Counted from the first letter of the stretch, positions 27,353 through 34,550 are shown. The stretch is 34,633 nucleotides of DNA from an uncultured Mycoplasma sp. (GCA_964499645.1 CAZCLV010000002.1:1-34633), one strand, 5' to 3'. Notes: a model not told the origin generated them from the sequence alone. Made by a program: numbers and translations.

Positions 27353-28978
27353 TTCTTTTTTATTTTCTGCTTTATCAATTTTTTCAACTTGACTCATAAA
27401 CCATATTTTTTCAACAGTTGTTGGGCTATCTTCTATTTCTTTAATTCTTAATAATAATTGAATTTTACTTATTAATTCATTTAAATTTTCAGCACTTAAT
27501 GATTCTTCTGTTAAATTAATATTATCTAATCTATATTTATTCATTATAATTCTTGCTAAATTTGAATCTTCAAATATAGCTATTCCATTTAATATTATAT
27601 TAGTAGGATTCATTGCAAATAAATCAAAATTATCACTATACTTAATTAATTCATCATATTTTGTTATTTCAAATACTCTTTTTAATCCTAATTTTTTATA
27701 GTAATCAAAGCTATAATATAAATGTAATACTTCTGACATTGTTAAAGAAGCACTTAATATTGGAGAAATCTTATTTTTTATATATTCTTCATCAAAAGCC
27801 TTATATAGTTCATATATTTCGTTTGCTAAACGTACAGAATCAATTTTTGCTTGTCTTAAATCAGTAGAATTTTTTATTCCAAATAATCCTAGTTTGCCAG
27901 TAAATATTCTTTTATTTAGCTTTTCTAATTTTGCTTCTTTATCTTCAATTTTTTTCTCAACATTGGATAATTCTTTATTTGTTTCTTTTGTATTTCCTGT
28001 TGGAATTAGCTTTTCATATTTTGATTTAAAGTCATTAATTAATGGTAAAAATTCTAAGTAATTACTGTATTCTTCTACATTTGTTTTTAATTTAGCTAAA
28101 CTTTCATAAAATTTATCCATTTGAATTTTATCATCTAAGTCAATATTTTCAATCATAAGACTATTATAAGTTGAAGTTCTTACCTTGCTATCTTGAAAGT
28201 AATTTGTAATATCTATTTCACCTCGTTTAGCAAAATCAATAATATCACAAATATTTTCCTTATCTGCTAAGTTAAGTTTTTTATATACCTCGGCTAATTT
28301 TCTTAAGCAGTCATCATAATTAGATATATTATTTTTAAACATTTCTTCATTTTTTAGTTTTAAAATATAATTATTAAATCTATTTTTATATTTATTAATT
28401 AACTTCCTAAAGTTTAATTCAATATGCCTAATTATTTCAGGATTAACCCAATATATTTTTTCAAACACTTTTGATACATTATCATAATTTTTATTTTTAC
28501 TATTTCTTGCTGCCAAAAATGAAGTCATATATTCATTAACATAACAGGTATAATCAAAATCTGACTCAACAAGGTTTATTCCTGCTGATTCAAATTTGTT
28601 TAAAAATTCATTTATTATGTCATTTAAAGAATTAAAATTAAAATCATAATAATGAAGAATTTGATATATTAAAGTATCAAATCCCATCTTTTCAATATAA
28701 ATATTTGATGGGTTCAATATAAATTTAATATGTTCTAATGCATTAAGTTCTTCATTTAATTTAGCTACATCTTTTTGAGAATTTTTTATATTAAAAGATT
28801 TACTTTTTGTATCTATATATTTTTTTACACTTTTTTGATATTCACTATATTTTCCAATTATTGTATCTATTTTTTCATTATATTTCTTTATATTTGATTT
28901 AGTATTAGTTGGTAAAACTGAAATTAGTGTTTTCTTTGCTTCAATATCCTCATTGATAAAGTCTGAAAAATTAGTCAT
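27350..28978 (-). CDS. Hypothetical cytoplasmic, predominantly helical/coiled-coil protein (542 aa)
   Basis: No TM segment, signal peptide or P-loop. K/E/N-rich heptad-like stretches. ATG lies 1 nt after the stop of the 47-aa ORF, whose last codons supply AAGGAGGAAAA as the RBS. Confidence 0.7.
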   Translation of the reverse strand: MTNFSDFINEDIEAKKTLISVLPTNTKSNIKKYNEKIDTIIGKYSEYQKSVKKYIDTKSKSFNIKNSQKDVAKLNEELNALEHIKFILNPSNIYIEKMGFDTLIYQILHYYDFNFNSLNDIINEFLNKFESAGINLVESDFDYTCYVNEYMTSFLAARNSKNKNYDNVSKVFEKIYWVNPEIIRHIELNFRKLINKYKNRFNNYILKLKNEEMFKNNISNYDDCLRKLAEVYKKLNLADKENICDIIDFAKRGEIDITNYFQDSKVRTSTYNSLMIENIDLDDKIQMDKFYESLAKLKTNVEEYSNYLEFLPLINDFKSKYEKLIPTGNTKETNKELSNVEKKIEDKEAKLEKLNKRIFTGKLGLFGIKNSTDLRQAKIDSVRLANEIYELYKAFDEEYIKNKISPILSASLTMSEVLHLYYSFDYYKKLGLKRVFEITKYDELIKYSDNFDLFAMNPTNIILNGIAIFEDSNLARIIMNKYRLDNINLTEESLSAENLNELISKIQLLLRIKEIEDSPTTVEKIWFMSQVEKIDKAENKKE

Positions 28979-28979
28979 A

Positions 28980-29123
28980 TTAATTTTCCTCCTTTTCTTC
29001 TTGAGATATTTTCTTTTCTTCTAAAAATTCAAGAAAGCCCACAATATCTTCATAAACTTTAATTAATTCTTTTAAACTAAGAAGAGACATGTCAAAATTT
29101 ACTTTATTTTCTTCTTTTTTCAT
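28980..29123 (-). CDS. Small acidic protein, 47 aa (not in the ORF track), translationally coupled to the 542-aa gene
   Basis: My translation: MKKEENKVNFDMSLLSLKELIKVYEDIVGFLEFLEEKKISQEEKEEN. RBS AAAGGTGAT-N3-ATG. Starts 20 nt after the stop of the upstream subunit gene. Confidence 0.55.
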   Translation of the reverse strand: MKKEENKVNFDMSLLSLKELIKVYEDIVGFLEFLEEKKISQEEKEEN

Positions 29124-29143
29124 GAAATCACCTTTTTTTCTTT

Positions 29144-30229
29144 TTATTCATAACCCGCTAAATCTTTAAAGAACTGAATTGAAATATCAATAACAGCACC
29201 CTTTGAGTTAGTTACTAAGCTATCCATATCTTGTCCTTCTATCCAAACATAAACCCTTACTTTTGTTATACCATTTGGTATTTGAAATAGTGGTTTATCA
29301 AAATCTGTAATATTTTCTTGCATTTTAAAGTGTTCTAAGTCTGTTGGAACCCCACTACCAGCATGACCATTTGCAATTTCCAAAAATTCTCCTTCTTTTA
29401 TAACTGCAAATGTCGGAGTATAGATTCCATCTATCAGCTTTACTCCATATTTTAGAGCTCTTTCTATTGATGATTGAGAATGATTTCTACTATTAGGTTC
29501 ATAAATAATCATTTCACAATTATTATTGCATTTAATATTTTGAATCATACTTAAATCTGATTTAATAGGAACACTTCCTATCTTTACAAATCCAAGTCTT
29601 ATTGAATTTATTGATCCATCTGCATCATCAAATATTTCTTTATCAAATGTAATTGCAGTTTCTTTTGTTAAATATAAATTATCACTATATGGTGAACCAC
29701 TTGCATTTTTTAAGAAAATATCAAATGCAATAAATGAATTTCCATCACTTGCTTTATCTTCATCTAACAATTTAGTTGAAAGAAGTTTTCTTCTTGTAGT
29801 CTTACTAGCATTAACCTCAATATTAGAAGCAGCAAATACATCAAATTTATAATTATCTTTTGATGATATTCCATTTGTAGAAACGGTATATAATCCTCTT
29901 GAAGCCCATTGATTTGTATGATTTGGATAAGTATTATTTAAGTTATATATTAAATTGTCTCTCGAAATTTCAACTTTACTTCCAAAACCTTTTCCATCAA
30001 ATGATATATATAAACCACTTTCATTAGATACTATCATGTTGAAGAAGTTTACTTTTACATTTAAAGAAGCATAAAACCATGCATATGTTGCTGAAATTAA
30101 CAAAACTCCTACTAAGAAAGTAAATATTAAATTACGATTAAAATTATTTTTTTCTTTATATTTATAATTTACAAAATAATTTTTTAATTGTACTAACTTA
30201 GATTTGACCTTATTAATATCTTTTTTCAC
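29144..30229 (-). CDS. TasA-class fibre subunit paralogue 3 (YAWF class, 361 aa, no Cys-loop tail)
   Basis: ...LLISATYAWFYASLNVKVNFFNM, FIAFDIFLKNASGSPY, IKCNNNCEMIIYEPN and ITKVRVYVWIEGQDMD align with the two larger paralogues. GTG start with AGGTG 8 nt upstream and no in-frame ATG nearby. Confidence 0.65.
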   Translation of the reverse strand: MKKDINKVKSKLVQLKNYFVNYKYKEKNNFNRNLIFTFLVGVLLISATYAWFYASLNVKVNFFNMIVSNESGLYISFDGKGFGSKVEISRDNLIYNLNNTYPNHTNQWASRGLYTVSTNGISSKDNYKFDVFAASNIEVNASKTTRRKLLSTKLLDEDKASDGNSFIAFDIFLKNASGSPYSDNLYLTKETAITFDKEIFDDADGSINSIRLGFVKIGSVPIKSDLSMIQNIKCNNNCEMIIYEPNSRNHSQSSIERALKYGVKLIDGIYTPTFAVIKEGEFLEIANGHAGSGVPTDLEHFKMQENITDFDKPLFQIPNGITKVRVYVWIEGQDMDSLVTNSKGAVIDISIQFFKDLAGYE

Positions 30230-30256
30230 AGTTTCTACACCTACTTTATAAATGAT

Positions 30257-30285
30257 AAAGAGTAACCTAACTTTGATTACTCTTT
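30257..30285 (-). promoter_or_regulatory. Intercistronic stem-loop between subunit paralogues 2 and 3
   Basis: Minus strand AAAGAGTAATC / GGTTACTCTTT is an 11-bp stem including one G-U pair, with a 7-nt loop. The T-tail is poor, so this is more likely a processing/stability element or weak attenuator. Confidence 0.45.
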
Positions 30286-30344
30286 ATTGTTTTTTATAAT
30301 AATCAATACCAATTAATCATTAGTCAGTATTATTTAAATTATTG

Positions 30345-31916
30345 TTAGTCTCCAGCTGGCTCTGGTATTGAAAATACTCCACCAATTATATCACAATATC
30401 TTTTTGTTATTCCAGTAGTGGCACATGCTGATGATTCCCATTTACCAAATGAAGTTGTACATGTTATTTCTGACGTTGGCACTGTACCTCCAGTACAAGT
30501 TCCTGTTGTTACTGTTTCAGTAAATATTCCACCAATTGATTCGCAGTATGTTTGTGTTGTAGCAGATGCAGTAATTGCACAAGTTCCTAATCCATCAGGT
30601 TCTCCATCTCCATTAGTGTCCCCAGATGGTGTCCAACTTCCTAATGCTACTTCACATGCATATTTTGTTGTTGGAACATTTTCAGTGTTTCCACCTGCAC
30701 ATGATCCTAATGTTAATGCTGGTCCATCGTATTCTATATCTGCTTCTTTAAATCTTTCTTTTGTAAATCCAAATTTAATAGATATTTTTTTACCTATTGA
30801 AGCAAAATCATAGTTATCAATATCTTGTCCTTCAATATAAACATATACTCTTACTTTTGTAATACTGCTTGGTGCTAATGTCATAAAGTCTGGACGATTA
30901 GTTCCTGTATATTTTTTTTCAGTATCAGTAAAGAATTGATAAGCATTTAATTTCCAAGTATTTCCTGCTCCAAGTGTTTCTTGTGTAGGTATATAAGTAT
31001 TATAATATCCATCATACACATCAATATTATCTGATGATGCAATTGCATCTTTTACTGCATATGTGTTATATGTAGTTCCATCGCTTACTGAACTACAAGC
31101 ACCACTATATGAAGCAATCTTAGTAACATCAAGTCCTGTTTCTAATCTTTTTAAACAAGATGTATTGTACCAACCGATTGCATTGCTTTCATGTTTATCA
31201 TCGTTTGGTTCCCAAATTTGTGCTGTTCTACAAATTCCTGTTACATCTGAATTACTAGTACAAGTAATACCTGTAATTTTACTTACATCAGTAGTAGTTC
31301 CATCTACACGTCCAATTTGTGCAAAAGCAACTCTTACTGAATTTTCTATTCCTGTATTAGCTACACCATCAGATGCTACTGTAACTGCTGAGTCAGTAGT
31401 TAAGAAAATTGCTTCCTCATCTTTTGGTTCAAGTTCAGTAATATATTTTGAACCTGTCGTATTTCTAATAAATAAATCGAATGCCACATATCCTTTATGT
31501 TCTGTTCCATTACTTGAAGCATTATCAATCTTACTAGCTAAAAGTCTATAGCCACCAGGTGTTGGTGTAAGACTGGCTTTTTCAAATAAGATCATTCTTG
31601 AAGAATCTGCATCCATTTGTCCATTTGATGACATTGGAAGCAATCCTTCTCCACCCCAACTATTCTTATGGCCTGTATATGAAACAGTATCTAAATTAGC
31701 TTTACTAATTGTAATGTCTGTTCCCCACTTACTACCATTTAATGATAATAATAAACTTTCTGTTGATGCTATTTCTACATCAAAACTATTTACATTAACA
31801 TTTTGCAGACCAATAAACCATGCATATGTTGCTGCTACTAAAAGTATTGTGCTAAATAAGCAAGTTAATATTAGTCTTTTGATACGCTTTGAACGCTTTG
31901 TTTCTTTTCTTTCCAT
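30345..31916 (-). CDS. TasA-class major fibre subunit paralogue 2 (YAWF class) with C-terminal cysteine-loop module array
   Basis: Signal ...LLVAATYAWFIGLQ. The core is highly similar to paralogue 1. The C-terminal ~120 aa holds repeated C..GG..VPT...C....G.W and C......YC...GG.F modules, plus a TSP3-like loop DTNGDGEPDG. Confidence 0.7.
   Translation of the reverse strand: MERKETKRSKRIKRLILTCLFSTILLVAATYAWFIGLQNVNVNSFDVEIASTESLLLSLNGSKWGTDITISKANLDTVSYTGHKNSWGGEGLLPMSSNGQMDADSSRMILFEKASLTPTPGGYRLLASKIDNASSNGTEHKGYVAFDLFIRNTTGSKYITELEPKDEEAIFLTTDSAVTVASDGVANTGIENSVRVAFAQIGRVDGTTTDVSKITGITCTSNSDVTGICRTAQIWEPNDDKHESNAIGWYNTSCLKRLETGLDVTKIASYSGACSSVSDGTTYNTYAVKDAIASSDNIDVYDGYYNTYIPTQETLGAGNTWKLNAYQFFTDTEKKYTGTNRPDFMTLAPSSITKVRVYVYIEGQDIDNYDFASIGKKISIKFGFTKERFKEADIEYDGPALTLGSCAGGNTENVPTTKYACEVALGSWTPSGDTNGDGEPDGLGTCAITASATTQTYCESIGGIFTETVTTGTCTGGTVPTSEITCTTSFGKWESSACATTGITKRYCDIIGGVFSIPEPAGD
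30781..30841. repeat. 61-nt tract identical to 32379-32439 (paralogue 2 copy)
   Basis: The string gatatttttttacctattgaagcaaaatcatagttatcaatatcttgtccttcaatataaa is present at both positions. Flanking sequence diverges. Confidence 0.9.
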
Positions 31917-32045
31917 AAATACATCCTTCTTTCAAAAAATTACGATTAACAATAAAGATTTTTTTAATTGTTATTAAATTAGAAAATACCAAGAATAAAA
32001 GAAATAGTATATCATCAATATGGTACTCTCTATATTATCAATATA

Positions 32046-32073
32046 ATTGTATCATAAATATATTTAATGTCAA
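32046..32073 (-). promoter_or_regulatory. Strong sigma-A-type promoter for paralogue 2
   Basis: Minus strand TTGACA (32073-32068), 16-bp spacer, TGA-TACAAT (extended -10, hexamer 32051-32046). Lies about 130 nt upstream of ATG 31916. Confidence 0.55.
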
Positions 32074-32123
32074 TATAATTTGTCTCATTTTGTCGAAATT
32101 TATTTTAGTTTTTATTGCAAAGA

Positions 32124-32146
32124 AAAAGGTAATTTAATTACCTTTT
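32124..32146 (-). terminator. Rho-independent terminator/attenuator after paralogue 1
   Basis: Minus strand AAAAGGTAAT / ATTACCTTTT, loop TAA, followed by TCTTT. Lies 13 nt after the stop at 32159. Confidence 0.6.
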
Positions 32147-32158
32147 ATTATTTTATTA

Positions 32159-33748
32159 TTATTGTTCAATTATACTCCAAGTGCCGCCTGCTGCTGTACA
32201 ATATGCTTTTGTATTTCCAGCACAAGTTCCACCTTCTCCATTAGTTGTCCAAACTCCACCTGCTGTTTCACAAGTTGATTTTGAGTCAAATGTAATTGTT
32301 GTATCCTTACATACTCCTGGTCCTGTATAATTAATATCTGTATCAGTAAGTCTTTCTTTAGTAAATCCAAAATTAACTGATATTTTTTTACCTATTGAAG
32401 CAAAATCATAGTTATCAATATCTTGTCCTTCAATATAAATGTATATTCTTACTTTAGTAATACTATTTGGAGCTAATGTCATAAATTGTGGACGATTAGT
32501 TCCTGTTAAAAATTTCATTGTATCTGTAAAATATGGATAAGCACTTAAGTAACCGCTTGTTTCTGTGTAAGTACCATCTATTGTATCGCAATAGTCTTTA
32601 TTAAATCCTTCACATTTAGCAGGAGTTGTTACTGTATCACCATCCATAACTGCTGGTGTCCAAATACCATAAGCTGATAAGCATTTTTCTTTGCTAGTTG
32701 GAACAGATCCACCGGTACATGTACCATTTATTGTTGTTCCAGTATAGCCATTATAATCTGTACCATCATAAATATCTACATTATGTCCATTAGAAATATC
32801 TTTATTTACAGCATATGTTCTATATGTTGCATCATTAGTAATTGTATTGCAAGATCCACTATATGAAGCAATCTTTGTTACATCGCTTCCTGTTCTTTTT
32901 AAGCAAGAAGTATCATACCAACTAATTGCGTTTGCTTCATGTGCTTTATCATTTGGTTCCCAAATTTGTGCTGTTCTACAAATTCCAGTTACTCCACCAT
33001 CATTAATTGTAGTAACTTCATCTTCTCCTGAACCTGTTGTTGTAGTGTCAGATTTACATGTAATACCTGTAATTGTTGATGCAGTTGCAGTTGTTCCTAT
33101 TACACGACCTATTTGTGCAAAAGCAACTCTTACTGAATTTTCAATACCTGTATTAGCTACGCCATCTGATGCCACTGTGACTGCTGAATTATTTGTTAAG
33201 AAAATTGCTTCTTCATCTTTTTCATTTAATTCTTTAATATATTGAGTACCAGAAGAATTTTTTATAAATAAATCAAATGCCACATATCCTTTTCTTTCAG
33301 GATCCACTGTTGAAACTTCTTCTCCGTCTACTGTTTCAGTAGTAATATTATAATTTTTAATACGACTAGCCAAAAGTCTATATCCACCTGATGTGTTAGT
33401 TAAACTAGCTTTTTCATATAGTTTCATTCTTGAGGCAGTTGTGTCCATATCACCAATTGTTGACATTGGTATTAGTCCTTCTCCACCCCAACTATTTGTA
33501 TGTCCACTATATGATACGTCGTTTAATGTTGATTTAGAAATATCAACACTTGTATCCCAATCTGCACCATTTAATGACAATAATAAGTCTTCTGTTGTTG
33601 CAATATTAACATCAAAACTTGAAACACGGACAGTTTGTAGTCCGATGAACCATGCATATGTTGCTGCTACTAATATAACTGCACTAAATGCACAAATCGC
33701 AATAAGTTTTTTTACACGTTTTCCACGCTTTTCATTTTGTTTTTGCAT
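32159..33748 (-). CDS. TasA-class major fibre subunit paralogue 1 (YAWF class) with internal and C-terminal cysteine-loop modules
   Basis: Signal ...ILVAATYAWFIGLQ. Core motifs: GYVAFDLFIKNSSGTQY, GICRTAQIWEPN, ITKVRIYIYIEGQDIDNYDF. One module pair is inserted at residues ~341-397 and one is appended at residues 478-529. RBS AAGGAGAA. Confidence 0.7.
   Translation of the reverse strand: MQKQNEKRGKRVKKLIAICAFSAVILVAATYAWFIGLQTVRVSSFDVNIATTEDLLLSLNGADWDTSVDISKSTLNDVSYSGHTNSWGGEGLIPMSTIGDMDTTASRMKLYEKASLTNTSGGYRLLASRIKNYNITTETVDGEEVSTVDPERKGYVAFDLFIKNSSGTQYIKELNEKDEEAIFLTNNSAVTVASDGVANTGIENSVRVAFAQIGRVIGTTATASTITGITCKSDTTTTGSGEDEVTTINDGGVTGICRTAQIWEPNDKAHEANAISWYDTSCLKRTGSDVTKIASYSGSCNTITNDATYRTYAVNKDISNGHNVDIYDGTDYNGYTGTTINGTCTGGSVPTSKEKCLSAYGIWTPAVMDGDTVTTPAKCEGFNKDYCDTIDGTYTETSGYLSAYPYFTDTMKFLTGTNRPQFMTLAPNSITKVRIYIYIEGQDIDNYDFASIGKKISVNFGFTKERLTDTDINYTGPGVCKDTTITFDSKSTCETAGGVWTTNGEGGTCAGNTKAYCTAAGGTWSIIEQ
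32379..32439. repeat. 61-nt tract identical to 30781-30841 (paralogue 1 copy)
   Basis: See the partner feature. Further identical runs of about 35, 32 and 25 nt occur elsewhere in the two genes. Confidence 0.9.
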
Positions 33749-33761
33749 ATTTTTTCTCCTT

Positions 33762-34463
33762 CTATTTTTCTACAAATTCTGAATTAAAATTCATGTGAAT
33801 TTTAATTTCTCCACCCAAAATATTATCATTACATTCTGGATCGTTTCCTTCTAGCCATAAGACAATTGTATATTTTTTTATGTCACCAGGTCTGAATTTT
33901 TCTACATGGTCAAGTACAACCATTTCATCAGATTCAAATGCTACTGTATCTTTTTCTGGTTTCCCACTTGCAGATTTTTTAGCATATGTAACATATTCTT
34001 TGTCTTTGTAAACTCTGATTCTTACAGCCTCATCAACATTTTTTATAACATCATCAATTACTATTTCAGACCAGTAGTCAGATACGTCCTTGCCTTGATT
34101 TTCAATATAAAATGTATAAGCTAAATAGTTTTCACCATTATGTGAGCCATTATGTTCTGTAATATCCTTTGGCAACCACTTATACGAAATATTATCAAAA
34201 TAATCGACAGTTTTCGCATATAACTCAGATCGAAATAATTTGTAATCAGGATTATCATAAATAATAATTCCACGATCTAAATATAAATTTCTGTCTAATG
34301 TTATACTAAAATTACCACCATTATAAATAATACCAACTACTACATATAAAATGAAAAGTAATAATATAAAGATTAGTAATGCTAACTTAATGATTTTAGT
34401 CGTTCTTTTTTTTCGTTTTACTTTGTTAGCGCTTGTTAAAATCTTACTATCCTTGATATCCAT
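33762..34463 (-). CDS. Membrane-anchored TasA-fold-like protein without a SipW cleavage motif (candidate fibre anchor/initiator)
   Basis: Basic N-tail (KVKRKKRTTK) plus one TM segment. No (T)YAWF motif: the sequence after the TM reads GIIYNGGNF. The ectodomain shares YLAYTFYIENQGKDVSDY and YTIVLWLEGNDPECND with the subunit paralogues. First gene of the operon. Confidence 0.55.
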   Translation of the reverse strand: MDIKDSKILTSANKVKRKKRTTKIIKLALLIFILLLFILYVVVGIIYNGGNFSITLDRNLYLDRGIIIYDNPDYKLFRSELYAKTVDYFDNISYKWLPKDITEHNGSHNGENYLAYTFYIENQGKDVSDYWSEIVIDDVIKNVDEAVRIRVYKDKEYVTYAKKSASGKPEKDTVAFESDEMVVLDHVEKFRPGDIKKYTIVLWLEGNDPECNDNILGGEIKIHMNFNSEFVEK

Positions 34464-34522
34464 TTGCCTACCTTTACCCTTTTATGTGCTATACCTAATA
34501 CCTTCTATAATAATATAATTAA

Positions 34523-34550
34523 ATTATAACACTAGTAAAATAATTGTCAA
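34523..34550 (-). promoter_or_regulatory. Strong sigma-A-type promoter of the fibre operon
   Basis: Minus strand TTGACA (34550-34545), 16-bp spacer, TGT-TATAAT (extended -10, hexamer 34528-34523). Lies about 60 nt upstream of ATG 34463. Confidence 0.6.

Noticed and set aside
16429-30229. Track start codons at 16437 (GTG), 21265 (TTG), 22997 (ATG), 3904 (TTG) and 6973 (GTG)
   Set aside because: Each lies within or upstream of the RBS of a better in-frame downstream ATG, or within the preceding gene, so the starts were moved. By contrast the GTG at 30229 was kept, because it has AGGTG 8 nt upstream and no nearby in-frame ATG.
30418-33782. Long plus-strand ORFs (30418-30813, 31063-31551, 31714-31977, 32847-33245, 33393-33782) and the minus-strand alternate-frame ORF 32170-32370, all lying within the subunit paralogue genes
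   Set aside because: They are shadow ORFs inside much longer minus-strand genes that have clear RBSs, signal peptides and paralogue conservation. Their products are low-complexity V/S/P/L strings without start-site support.
13813-34463. Sortase-dependent pilus, type IV pilus/Tad or flagellar-type locus
   Set aside because: No LPXTG sorting signals, sortase, prepilin (G-F-T-L-x-E) leaders, PilB/PilT ATPases, secretins or flagellins are visible. The signal junctions are of the SipW/TasA class instead.
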